The position numbers and the translations under genes were made by a program. A model generated the notes under the pieces. The model saw only the letters and a list, made by a program, of their open reading frames with translations. It was not told where the DNA came from and did not search any database. Source: Flectonema sp. DT1601 (taxonomy: Eukaryota). Taken from it: DNA of 64,000 nucleotides. Positions 33,546 through 43,308 of this stretch are shown in pieces. The stretch spans positions 1-64,000 of the forward strand of contig OZ025801.1 of assembly GCA_964019425.1 (NCBI GenBank), given 5' to 3'. Each line of letters opens with the position of its first letter. Within the stretch, counting starts at the first letter, position 1.

Positions 33546-33846
33546 TATTAGAATCCAAATAATTTAAACTATAACAAAAAGACAACTTAGCACCAAAACT
33601 CCATGATTTTTTACTGCTAACTGAATTAGCAGCCGAACACCTAGATTTCAAAACCAGATTGCCTACTAAAAGGAGTCCTTTCTCATCCTATTATACCTTA
33701 TCTATCTTTCCTAAACCTGCTTATGCGCAGAAATCCAGCATCTTTTCCTTGGGCAAAAACCTTTCTTACTTTTCTAGTAAGAAAGTTTTCTGCCTAAATT
33801 CTGGTGCATTTTGGATGGCTGCGCAATTACTGAAATAAATTTGCAA

Positions 33847-35060
33847 AAACTGTAGCTTTAGAATCGTTGGTTAACCTTAAAAAGCAGTTACCCCAGGTAA
33901 TTAGAAATTGTGTGGCTTTTAGAACTACCAGCCAGAACTAGCAGAAATGCTTGCTTGCGGGTAGGGAAGTAAGGGAAAAAGCCTGCAAGCACCCGGGGTT
34001 CCCACGTGATCACTCACCGCAGTACTAACCAGGCCTGCTGGTGCTTAACTTCCCAAATCGGGCGGGATGGGGTGCATTCACCAGAGTATGGCCGCAGGCA
34101 ATTGCAGATTTTTTTATTTCTTAGGGGTTTGACCCACCATGAAAAAATTCGCAGAAAAGATTTATTAGCAGAGTATTGCTGGGGCTCGGTCTTTAGCTTT
34201 AACATTAACACAGGAGCGGCGAAAATTACGTCTTTCGGGGGGAAAAGCCAAAAGAAAAATATATTAAATAATATAAATTAAATTTTCTACATAAAAATAG
34301 GATAAGCACGGTAAGTCTCGGTTCATTTTCTCTGCTTGGCAAACAGAGAGTGAACGGGCAATAAAAAAACCCCAAAAGAAGAGAATTCTTCCTAAGAGGT
34401 TGGCTAAATATTCTAAGCAAGCTTAGATATTGAGACTGTACCAATAAAGTACAGAAACTGTAGCTTTAGAATCGTTGGTTAACCTTAAAAAGCAGTTACC
34501 CCAGGTAATTAGAAATTGTGTGGCTTTTAGAACTACCAGCCAGAACTAGCAGAAATGCTTGCTTGCGGGTAGGGAAGTAAGGGAAAAAGCCTGCAAGCAC
34601 CCGGGGTTCCCACGTGATCACTCACCGCAGTACTAACCAGGCCTGCTGGTGCTTAACTTCCCAAATCGGGCGGGATGGGGTGCATTCACCAGAGTATGGC
34701 CGCAGGCAATTGCAGATTTTTTTATTTCTTAGGGGTTTGACCCACCATGAAAAAATTCGCAGAAAAGATTTATTAGCAGAGTATTGCTGGGGCTCGGTCT
34801 TAGCTTTAACATTAACACAGGAGCGGCGAAAATTACGTCTTTCGGAGGGAAAAGCCAAAAGAAAAATATATTAAATAATATAAATTAAATTTTCTACATA
34901 AAAATAGGATAAGCACGGTAAGTCTCGGTTCATTTTCTCTGCTTGGCAAACAGAGGTGAACGGGCAATAAAAAAACCCCAAAAGAAGAGAATTCTTCCTA
35001 AGAGGTTGGCTAAATATTCTAAGCAAGCTTAGATATTGAGACTGTACCAATAAAGTACAG
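33847..35060 (-). repeat. SL + 5S array type A, block 3 (two 5S genes)
   Basis: 5S genes at 33980-34099 and 34588-34707. Intact SL exon at 34442-34480. A few single-base indels. Confidence 0.95.
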
Positions 35061-35736
35061 TAATTGCGCTTGCCTTCCATATCATGCACCTGACGAATGG
35101 AATGTATAGATGAAACTAATTAAACTAATAAAACAAACTAATGGATCAAACTAGCAAACACAGAGAAGCTGTCTAAGACAGTTTATTGCGTTGGGGTAGT
35201 GGCTGGTGCCCGTTTCGATTCGGCGTGACACCGGCCGGAGGGATGGAGGGTGGGTTTTTCTTTTACTTTTAGTGGTGAGATGTGACAAAGTGGCAAATAA
35301 CTGCAAAAGTAAAAGAATAAATTTATTAGAATCCAAATTATTTAAACTATAACAAAAAGACAGCTTAGCACCAAAGCTCCATGATTGTTTACTGCTAACT
35401 GAATTAGCAGCCGAACACCTAGATTTCAAAACCAGATTGCCTACTAAAAGGAGTCCTTTCTCATCCTATTATACCTTATCTATCTTTCCTAAACCTGCTT
35501 ATGCGCAGAAATCCAGCATCTTTTCCTTGGGCAAAAACCTTTCTTACTTTTCTAGTAAGAAAGTTTTCTGCCTAAATTCTGGTGCATTTTGGATGGCTGC
35601 GCAATTACTGAAATAAATTTGCAATAATTGCGCTTGCCTTCCATATCATGCACCTGACGAATGGAATGTATAGATGAAACTAATTAAACTAATAAAACAA
35701 ACTAATGGATCAAACTAGCAAACACAGAGAAGCTGT

Positions 35737-38700
35737 CTAAGACAGTTTATTGCGTTGGGGTAGTGGCTGGTGCCCGTTTCGATTCGGCGTGACACCGGCT
35801 CCGCCACCCCGTCGCGAGTTGAAGAAGCCCCCGAGCGCAAGTTCGACCTTCGCCCTCGTCTCCGAGGTGATAGGCTCCCTCGAGGGGATGTCTGCGGGGT
35901 TATACTTTGTGCTCACCCATTGAAGTGTGAAAGAACATTTTAAACGAAGTAATTTTTCTATTGAAACTAAAATAAATGAATTAAGAGAGTGTGAGCGAGC
36001 ACACATCTTCTTTCTGAACGATCCGCAGACCGTGGTGTTATCGACCCAGATGGACAAATGGTCCGCTCTAGTAATAGCGCTCAAAGTCTTCCCTAAGGCA
36101 TCTGCCTCGAGAATGTTAATATGGCGTTCTTCGCCTAAAGGCCATTGGCCACCTAAGATTTCCATCTCTGCAGAGTCCCAAACAATCACACCTCCCCAGC
36201 CCTTGAGCGAGGCATCGATAAAGACCTCTGCAGTTTTACCGACCTTCTCATCTGGTAAAATAGTACGTCCCTTCTGGACTTGGTGCATCCACGCGCGCAG
36301 CTCAGCTTTCACTGAGTTTGGTAAAGAAATCTTTTCCGAAACAAGAATTGCTCCTCGATTGAGCTTATTAGTAAGTCTTCGCAGAAACTTCATTGCAAAC
36401 CAGAACCTACCAGGAGGGACCCCCGATATGGCACTAGCATGCAAAAGCCTGCCCGAAAGAGATTCTGCTGCTGCTGCAGTTATGCAGTTCAAATTGCAAG
36501 CTTTTATTCTTTTAGTAATCTTTTCACCTAAAGAAACTTCCCTAGTAGGATGTGAGAAAAATGCACCTAAAAATTCGTATTCAGTGCCTAAATTAACAGT
36601 ATCTTGTACCTTCCAGGTTGCGTTGCAAAGCCTGGCAAACTCGTCCATTCTATTCGTGGCCTCTCGGACCCTTTCTTTATCCCCATAAATCCTTATATTA
36701 TCTATCCACCAATCAATTTTCACTTGCTTTTCTGCAAATTCTGGCCTAACAAACAAGGGGTCGCCAGAAACTACTGCAGTAATCGTATTCATAATTTCGG
36801 GCGCACAAACGTGCCCCATCGGTAATCTGGTTAGCGCGAACCAGTCCCCCGAGGCATCCTCGAAGGTAAAAAGAGGTCTCGAAGCCTCTGGAATAAGTAT
36901 CTGATAAAAACCTGTTTTAAAGTCTCTTAAAGAAGCTACTTCTGAGTGCACTGCACCTAAGTACTTCGAGATATGTTGTAAAGGTACAAACGGTTCATAT
37001 CCAGTCTCGTAAATCTTCTCGTTCTCTTCCTTAGTCCACAAGATAAAGCGCTGCCTATCTCCTGTCTCCCTTTCCTCGAAAACTGTGAAAGGCACGTTCC
37101 TGGACTTAGAAAGTTCCTTCTTAAAAGGTACTGCAATTTTACACCTTACTAACTCCTTAGAGTGAAGACAGGAAAGCTTTGTTTTTTGAAAAGAATTTTG
37201 GGTTTTTTTATCTTTCAGGTGGGGAGTGGTGGAATGGTTGGAGGGAGAACGGGATGAGTGTCTCGAAGGGTCGTTAGGGAGCGCCGGTTCGAGTCTGGGA
37301 GGGGGATTCTTCTCTCTATTTTTACCTAAACTTTTCAGATTTCCTGCATTTTTAAATGTCAAGTCCCAAGTCTCGTTGAAACGCTCTAGGACGCTCGGAA
37401 GCATCCGGTCTTTGATTATTTGAATATCCATCGGCTGTACGATCGCTGCGTGTAATGGGGCCGACTTCTCGTAGCTCGTACTCGGTATCCTTGTTGACTT
37501 AGCCCTGTGTGTGAACTGAGCCCCCATTCTTCTTATCAGTTTTATAGGAACTTCGTCACTAAGGATGTCTTCAGGGCCCGAGCGGTGGCGATTGCGTTCC
37601 CTCCGTATCTTATTGTTGTATTTGAGATCGCCGACGTCGTCGAGTGCTTTGCAAGGCGGCTTATCAGCTCTTCCTTCAGGTCGCATCCGCTCGCGAGGAG
37701 CTCTAGTAAGGTGCTTATTGCGCCTCTTTTTATCGAGTGGGCTGTATAGGTTTTCATAATACTGTCTTCCTTCCACTCTTTTACTAGTCGTGATGTGTCC
37801 CACGGATGTAAGGTTTCGAATTCTTCTATTTCCGTCAGTCCATCCGCTATTTCCTCCACGAGATCCCCGACCAACACGGCCCATCTGCTCGGGTAGAACG
37901 GATTGCCTCTGCGGCCCTTTGGTGTGGTTGCCCAATCTATTATTATTTCTTCCTTTGAAATTAGTATAAACTGCTCCCTTGCTAGTCCTGCTGTCTCTCC
38001 CCATCGTGCGGCTGCCTTCCAGCTGATGAGCATCGCGACTCTCGTCCTCGTACATTGTTTCATCGCCCATCCTACTAAGTGCTCCCTCTTCATGGGGATT
38101 GCTTGCTGAGTTGGAATGTTCCCTCCTGCTGCTCTGATTGCTGCTGCTAAGGTTAAAAGTGGCTTGCTGTCCATTCCCATCTTCCCCATCAGGGCTGACA
38201 GGTGCTTTGAATATGTAAGAAGCGCCGATTCCGCTGCTCCCGTTGCCATCACGAAGAGAACAGCTGTGTCCCCATTGACTTGTAGGTTCTGGCTGCCTGC
38301 CCAATTTATCAGTCTCTTCCAGAGCTGCTTCCTGCTGGAAGTGGTCTCCTTTGCCCACATCTTCTCCATTGTCTCTCCAAGTCTTTCTGTTGCTTGGAGC
38401 ACTCCCACAGAGTCTTCCTTCTGATTTCTGCTCAGGGCAGAGGGCTCCACTATGTCTAGAAGGACATTTTGGATCACCCCTGAAGAGTCCCTTCTGGGTT
38501 CTTCCTCCACTTTTTCTACTAAGTCTGTCTTTTCCAGATTTTTGAGATTCTTTGAATTTTCCCTGACTGGACTTAGAGATGAGATACTTTTTGAAATTGC
38601 CATCCCAGGCTTTCCCGGGGTATACATGCGCATTAGACCAATTACTTTGAGATTTCTCTGAATTTTCAGTGTTCCTCTTTCTATTTCTACCTGCTTCTTT

Positions 38701-38778
38701 ACCTTCAATATTTGTAGCAAGTTTCCCGAGGCTCTTGCTCTCCTCACTGGCAGTGTAGGGCTGGACGTCGCCAGTCAT
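35737..38778 (-). CDS. RT/RNase H, copy 2
   Basis: Intact and near-identical to 29375-32416. Confidence 0.9.
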   Translation of the reverse strand: MTGDVQPYTASEESKSLGKLATNIEGKEAGRNRKRNTENSEKSQSNWSNAHVYPGKAWDGNFKKYLISKSSQGKFKESQKSGKDRLSRKSGGRTQKGLFRGDPKCPSRHSGALCPEQKSEGRLCGSAPSNRKTWRDNGEDVGKGDHFQQEAALEETDKLGRQPEPTSQWGHSCSLRDGNGSSGIGASYIFKAPVSPDGEDGNGQQATFNLSSSNQSSRREHSNSASNPHEEGALSRMGDETMYEDESRDAHQLEGSRTMGRDSRTSKGAVYTNFKGRNNNRLGNHTKGPQRQSVLPEQMGRVGRGSRGGNSGWTDGNRRIRNLTSVGHITTSKRVEGRQYYENLYSPLDKKRRNKHLTRAPRERMRPEGRADKPPCKALDDVGDLKYNNKIRRERNRHRSGPEDILSDEVPIKLIRRMGAQFTHRAKSTRIPSTSYEKSAPLHAAIVQPMDIQIIKDRMLPSVLERFNETWDLTFKNAGNLKSLGKNREKNPPPRLEPALPNDPSRHSSRSPSNHSTTPHLKDKKTQNSFQKTKLSCLHSKELVRCKIAVPFKKELSKSRNVPFTVFEERETGDRQRFILWTKEENEKIYETGYEPFVPLQHISKYLGAVHSEVASLRDFKTGFYQILIPEASRPLFTFEDASGDWFALTRLPMGHVCAPEIMNTITAVVSGDPLFVRPEFAEKQVKIDWWIDNIRIYGDKERVREATNRMDEFARLCNATWKVQDTVNLGTEYEFLGAFFSHPTREVSLGEKITKRIKACNLNCITAAAAESLSGRLLHASAISGVPPGRFWFAMKFLRRLTNKLNRGAILVSEKISLPNSVKAELRAWMHQVQKGRTILPDEKVGKTAEVFIDASLKGWGGVIVWDSAEMEILGGQWPLGEERHINILEADALGKTLSAITRADHLSIWVDNTTVCGSFRKKMCARSHSLNSFILVSIEKLLRLKCSFTLQWVSTKYNPADIPSREPITSETRAKVELALGGFFNSRRGGGAGVTPNRNGHQPLPQRNKLS
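37542..38747 (-). CDS. Tyrosine recombinase, copy 2
   Basis: R-HxxR-H-Y residues intact. Confidence 0.9.
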   Translation of the reverse strand: MRRARASGNLLQILKVKKQVEIERGTLKIQRNLKVIGLMRMYTPGKPGMAISKSISSLSPVRENSKNLKNLEKTDLVEKVEEEPRRDSSGVIQNVLLDIVEPSALSRNQKEDSVGVLQATERLGETMEKMWAKETTSSRKQLWKRLINWAGSQNLQVNGDTAVLFVMATGAAESALLTYSKHLSALMGKMGMDSKPLLTLAAAIRAAGGNIPTQQAIPMKREHLVGWAMKQCTRTRVAMLISWKAAARWGETAGLAREQFILISKEEIIIDWATTPKGRRGNPFYPSRWAVLVGDLVEEIADGLTEIEEFETLHPWDTSRLVKEWKEDSIMKTYTAHSIKRGAISTLLELLASGCDLKEELISRLAKHSTTSAISNTTIRYGGNAIATARALKTSLVTKFL

Positions 38779-39839
38779 TGTCCCCCAGCCCTTCCGTTTC
38801 CCTGTCCTCGCTGGAACGTCCTACGGAATGGAACATATCCTCCTTTTCTTCCTTTTGTACTTGCACTGCTTGTAAGGTTTCTGGTAATTGCTTTCTTCTT
38901 TGCCATAAGTACTGCATTAGCCTTCTGTAATGGATCATTAGCCTCTGTTTTAAGCTGATTGATTAGATCCGACCTCTTTGTCCCATTCATGCAATACATA
39001 TTTTGAATCTTCAAATCTCTCAACAAGTTATTTCCTAATGAGACTGCATTCTCGTTCTTGTCCCATCCTGGGATGAATTCCATAGCTAATATGAATCTTT
39101 CTAAGTTATTGTAATAATTCTCTAGCAACTCAACCCCTGGTCCAGGGGGAACTCTTCCTACGAATTTTGATTCCAGTTTAATCAGCAAGACCTCTGTCAG
39201 CCGTTGTTCCATGATTGGAATCCAGTCTAAAACACTATTCGTGTCTAATACAGCAGACTGCATCTGTGAATCTTCTTCTCCACCTTGCTGAGTACCTTGC
39301 TGAGGCGCTGCAGGAAGCACTGGTGGTGGTACAGGCTGTGGCCCCTGCGAGGTCTGCTGATGTGGTGTATTTTGAAAATGCTGCTGGAGCTGTTGCTGTA
39401 ATTGTTGCTGAAGCTGCTGCTGAAACTGCAGTTGAGACTGTTGAAACTGCTGGAACTGATCTTTAATTCCAATTACTTCTTGTTTGAGGATGTTTGTCTC
39501 ATGCGAACGCACCTCGCTCTCTTGTCGAACTGCAGCATCCCGCTTCTGACTTTCTTCCCTCGTGCGTGCTATCACGGCAGCTGCGATTCCTGGTTCGATT
39601 TCACTCACATTAGGAGCTTCTAATACATCTATTTTGATACATCCTGTTTGTCCCAGTTCCCTAACAGTTTTACTCATAGCTTGGTTATAAATTCCACCCT
39701 TGCCTGCTCTGTCAATCTTCACTATTCCTTCTAATGGTAAATCAATAACGAAGAAGGCCCTAACCTTGTGGCCCATTGTGCTTGCTAGAAATCCTTCAAT
39801 CTCATCATCATTCATGCACTTAATAGTTGCAGTAGTCAT
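38775..39839 (-). CDS. Gag-like protein, copy 2
   Basis: Near-identical to copy 1. Confidence 0.75.
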   Translation of the reverse strand: MTTATIKCMNDDEIEGFLASTMGHKVRAFFVIDLPLEGIVKIDRAGKGGIYNQAMSKTVRELGQTGCIKIDVLEAPNVSEIEPGIAAAVIARTREESQKRDAAVRQESEVRSHETNILKQEVIGIKDQFQQFQQSQLQFQQQLQQQLQQQLQQHFQNTPHQQTSQGPQPVPPPVLPAAPQQGTQQGGEEDSQMQSAVLDTNSVLDWIPIMEQRLTEVLLIKLESKFVGRVPPGPGVELLENYYNNLERFILAMEFIPGWDKNENAVSLGNNLLRDLKIQNMYCMNGTKRSDLINQLKTEANDPLQKANAVLMAKKKAITRNLTSSASTKGRKGGYVPFRRTFQRGQGNGRAGGQ

Positions 39840-40208
39840 TTTTCTTTTACTTTTAGTGGTGAGATGTGACAAAGTGGCAAATAACTGCAAAAGTAAAAGA
39901 ATAAATTTATTAGAATCCAAATTATTTAAACTATAACAAAAAGACAGCTTAGCACCAAAGCTCCATGATTGTTTACTGCTAACTGAATTAGCAGCCGAAC
40001 ACCTAGATTTCAAAACCAGATTGCCTACTAAAAGGAGTCCTTTCTCATCCTATTATACCTTATCTATCTTTCCTAAACCTGCTTATGCGCAGAAATCCAG
40101 CATCTTTTCCTTGGGCAAAAACCTTTCTTACTTTTCTAGTAAGAAAGTTTTCTGCCTAAATTCTGGTGCATTTTGGATGGCTGCGCAATTACTGAAATAA
40201 ATTTGCAA

Positions 40209-42632
40209 AAACTGTAGCTTTAGAATCGTTGGTTAACCTTAAAAAGCAGTTACCCCAGGTAATTAGAAATTGTGTGGCTTTTAGAACTACCAGCCAGAAC
40301 TAGCAGAAATGCTTGCTTGCGGGTAGGGAAGTAAGGGAAAAAGCCTGCAAGCACCCGGGGTTCCCACGTGATCACTCACCGCAGTACTAACCAGGCCTGC
40401 TGGTGCTTAACTTCCCAAATCGGGCGGGATGGGGTGCATTCACCAGAGTATGGCCGCAGGCAATTGCAGATTTTTTTATTTCTTAGGGGTTTGACCCACC
40501 ATGAAAAAATTCGCAGAAAAGATTTATTAGCAGAGTATTGCTGGGGCTCGGTCTTAGCTTTAACATTAACACAGGAGCGGCGAAAATTACGTCTTTCGGG
40601 GGGAAAAGCCAAAAGAAAAATATATTAAATAATATAAATTAAATTTTCTACATAAAAATAGGATAAGCACGGTAAGTCTCGGTTCATTTTCTCTGCTTGG
40701 CAAACAGAGGTGAACGGGCAATAAAAAAACCCCAAAAGAAGAGAATTCTTCCTAAGAGGTTGGCTAAATATTCTAAGCAAGCTTAGATATTGAGACTGTA
40801 CCAATAAAGTACAGAAACTGTAGCTTTAGAATCGTTGGTTAACCTTAAAAAGCAGTTACCCCAGGTAATTAGAAATTGTGTGGCTTTTAGAACTACCAGC
40901 CAGAACTAGCAGAAATGCTTGCTTGCGGGTAGGGAAGTAAGGGAAAAAGCCTGCAAGCACCCGGGGTTCCCACGTGATCACTCACCGCAGTACTAACCAG
41001 GCCTGCTGGTGCTTAACTTCCCAAATCGGGCGGGATGGGGTGCATTCACCAGAGTATGGCCGCAGGCAATTGCAGATTTTTTTATTTCTTAGGGGTTTGA
41101 CCCACCATGAAAAAATTCGCAGAAAAGATTTATTAGCAGAGTATTGCTGGGGCTCGGTCTTAGCTTTAACATTAACACAGGAGCGGCGAAAATTACGTCT
41201 TTCGGGGGGAAAAGCCAAAAGAAAAATATATTAAATAATATAAATTAAATTTTCTACATAAAAATAGGATAAGCACGGTAAGTCTCGGTTCATTTTCTCT
41301 GCTTGGCAAACAGAGGTGAACGGGCAATAAAAAAACCCCAAAAGAAGAGAATTCTTCCTAAGAGGTTGGCTAAATATTCTAAGCAAGCTTAGATATTGAG
41401 ACTGTACCAATAAAGTACAGAAACTGTAGCTTTAGAATCGTTGGTTAACCTTAAAAAGCAGTTACCCCAGGTAATTAGAAATTGTGTGGCTTTTAGAACT
41501 ACCAGCCAGAACTAGCAGAAATGCTTGCTTGCGGGTAGGGAAGTAAGGGAAAAAGCCTGCAAGCACCCGGGGTTCCCACGTGATCACTCACCGCAGTACT
41601 AACCAGGCCTGCTGGTGCTTAACTTCCCAAATCGGGCGGGATGGGGTGCATTCACCAGAGTATGGCCGCAGGCAATTGCAGATTTTTTTATTTCTTAGGG
41701 GTTTGACCCACCATGAAAGAATTCGCAGAAAAGATTTATTAGCAGAGTATTGCTGGGGCTCGGTCTTAGCTTTAACATTAACACAGGAGCGGCGAAAATT
41801 ACGTCTTTCGGGGGGAAAAGCCAAAAGAAAAATATATTAAATAATATAAATTAAATTTTCTACATAAAAATAGGATAAGCACGGTAAGTCTCGGTTCATT
41901 TTCTCTGCTTGGCAAACAGAGGTGAACGGGCAATAAAAAAACCCCAAAAGAAGAGAATTCTTCCTAAGAGGTTGGCTAAATATTCTAAGCAAGCTTAGAT
42001 ATTGAGACTGTACCAATAAAGTACAGAAACTGTAGCTTTAGAATCGTTGGTTAACCTTAAAAAGCAGTTACCCCAGGTAATTAGAAATTGTGTGGCTTTT
42101 AGAACTACCAGCCAGAACTAGCAGAAATGCTTGCTTGCGGGTAGGGAAGTAAGGGAAAAAGCCTGCAAGCACCCGGGGTTCCCACGTGATCACTCACCGC
42201 AGTACTAACCAGGCCTGCTGGTGCTTAACTTCCCAAATCGGGCGGGATGGGGTGCATTCACCAGAGTATGGCCGCAGGCAATTGCAGATTTTTTTATTTC
42301 TTAGGGGTTTGACCCACCATGAAAAAATTCGCAGAAAAGATTTATTAGCAGAGTATTGCTGGGGCTCGGTCTTAGCTTTAACATTAACACAGGAGCGGCG
42401 AAAATTACGTCTTTCGGGGGGAAAAGCCAAAAGAAAAATATATTAAATAATATAAATTAAATTTTCTACATAAAAATAGGATAAGCACGGTAAGTCTCGG
42501 TTCATTTTCTCTGCTTGGCAAACAGAGGTGAACGGGCAATAAAAAAACCCCAAAAGAAGAGAATTCTTCCTAAGAGGTTGGCTAAATATTCTAAGCAAGC
42601 TTAGATATTGAGACTGTACCAATAAAGTACAG
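40209..42632 (-). repeat. SL + 5S array type A, block 4 (four 5S genes)
   Basis: 606-bp period. First 5S gene at 40342-40461. Confidence 0.97.
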
Positions 42633-43308
42633 TAATTGCGCTCGCCTTCCATATCATGCACCTGACGAATGAAATGTATAGATGAAACTAATTAAACTAA
42701 TAAAACAAACTAATGGATCAAACTAGCAAACACAGAGAAGCTGTCTAAGACAGTTTATTGCGTTGGGGTAGTGGCTGGTGCCCGTTTCGATTCGGCGTGA
42801 CACCGGCCGGAGGGATGGAGGGTGGGTTTTTCTTTTACTTTTAGTGGTGAGATGTGACAAAGTGGCAAATAACTGCAAAAGTAAAAGAATAAATTTATTA
42901 GAATCCAAATTATTTAAACTATAACAAAAAGACAACTTAGCACCAAAACTCCATGATTTTTTACTGCTAACTGAATTAGCAGCCGAACGCCTAGATTTCA
43001 AAACCAGATTGCCTACTAAAAGGAGTCCCTTCCCATCCTATTATACCTTATCTATCTTTCCTAAACCTGCTTATGCGCAGAAATCCAGCATCTTTTCCTT
43101 GGGCAAAAACCTTTCTTACTTTTCTAGTAAGAAAGTTTTCTGCCTAAATTCTGGTGCATCTTGGATGGCTGCGCAATTACTGAAATAAATTTGCAATAAT
43201 TGCGCTCGCCTTCCATATCATGCACCTGACGAATGAAATGTATAGATGAAACTAATTAAACTAATAAAACAAACTAATGGATCAAACTAGCAAACACAGA
43301 GAAGCTGT

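Larger units (their letters stand above)
28699..33846 (-). mobile_element. Tyrosine-recombinase retrotransposon (VIPER/TATE-like), copy 1, 5148 bp, inserted in an SL exon
   Basis: Split direct repeats in element orientation: A1 33846-33477, ORFs, B1 29437-29263, A2 29262-28893, a 19-nt linker, B2 28873-28699. No TSD. The flanks rejoin to an intact SL exon. Confidence 0.95.
35061..40208 (-). mobile_element. YR retrotransposon copy 2, 5148 bp, same SL insertion site
   Basis: Same junctions (gtacag|taattg and tttgcaa|aaactg) and same structure as copy 1, with private SNPs. Confidence 0.95.

Noticed and set aside
29565..33562. Plus-strand ORFs inside the YR elements (e.g. the 253-aa ORF)
   Set aside because: Antisense shadows of RT, YR and gag with no recognisable motifs.
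33478..33651. N-terminal extension of gag and the 92-aa MKSRC ORFs
   Set aside because: They lie in terminal repeat A upstream of, or across, the splice acceptor and start at a non-ATG codon.
34190..34350. Single-base indels in one type A unit as a third variant
   Set aside because: Isolated and next to homopolymer or dinucleotide runs. Likely sequencing error or private mutation.
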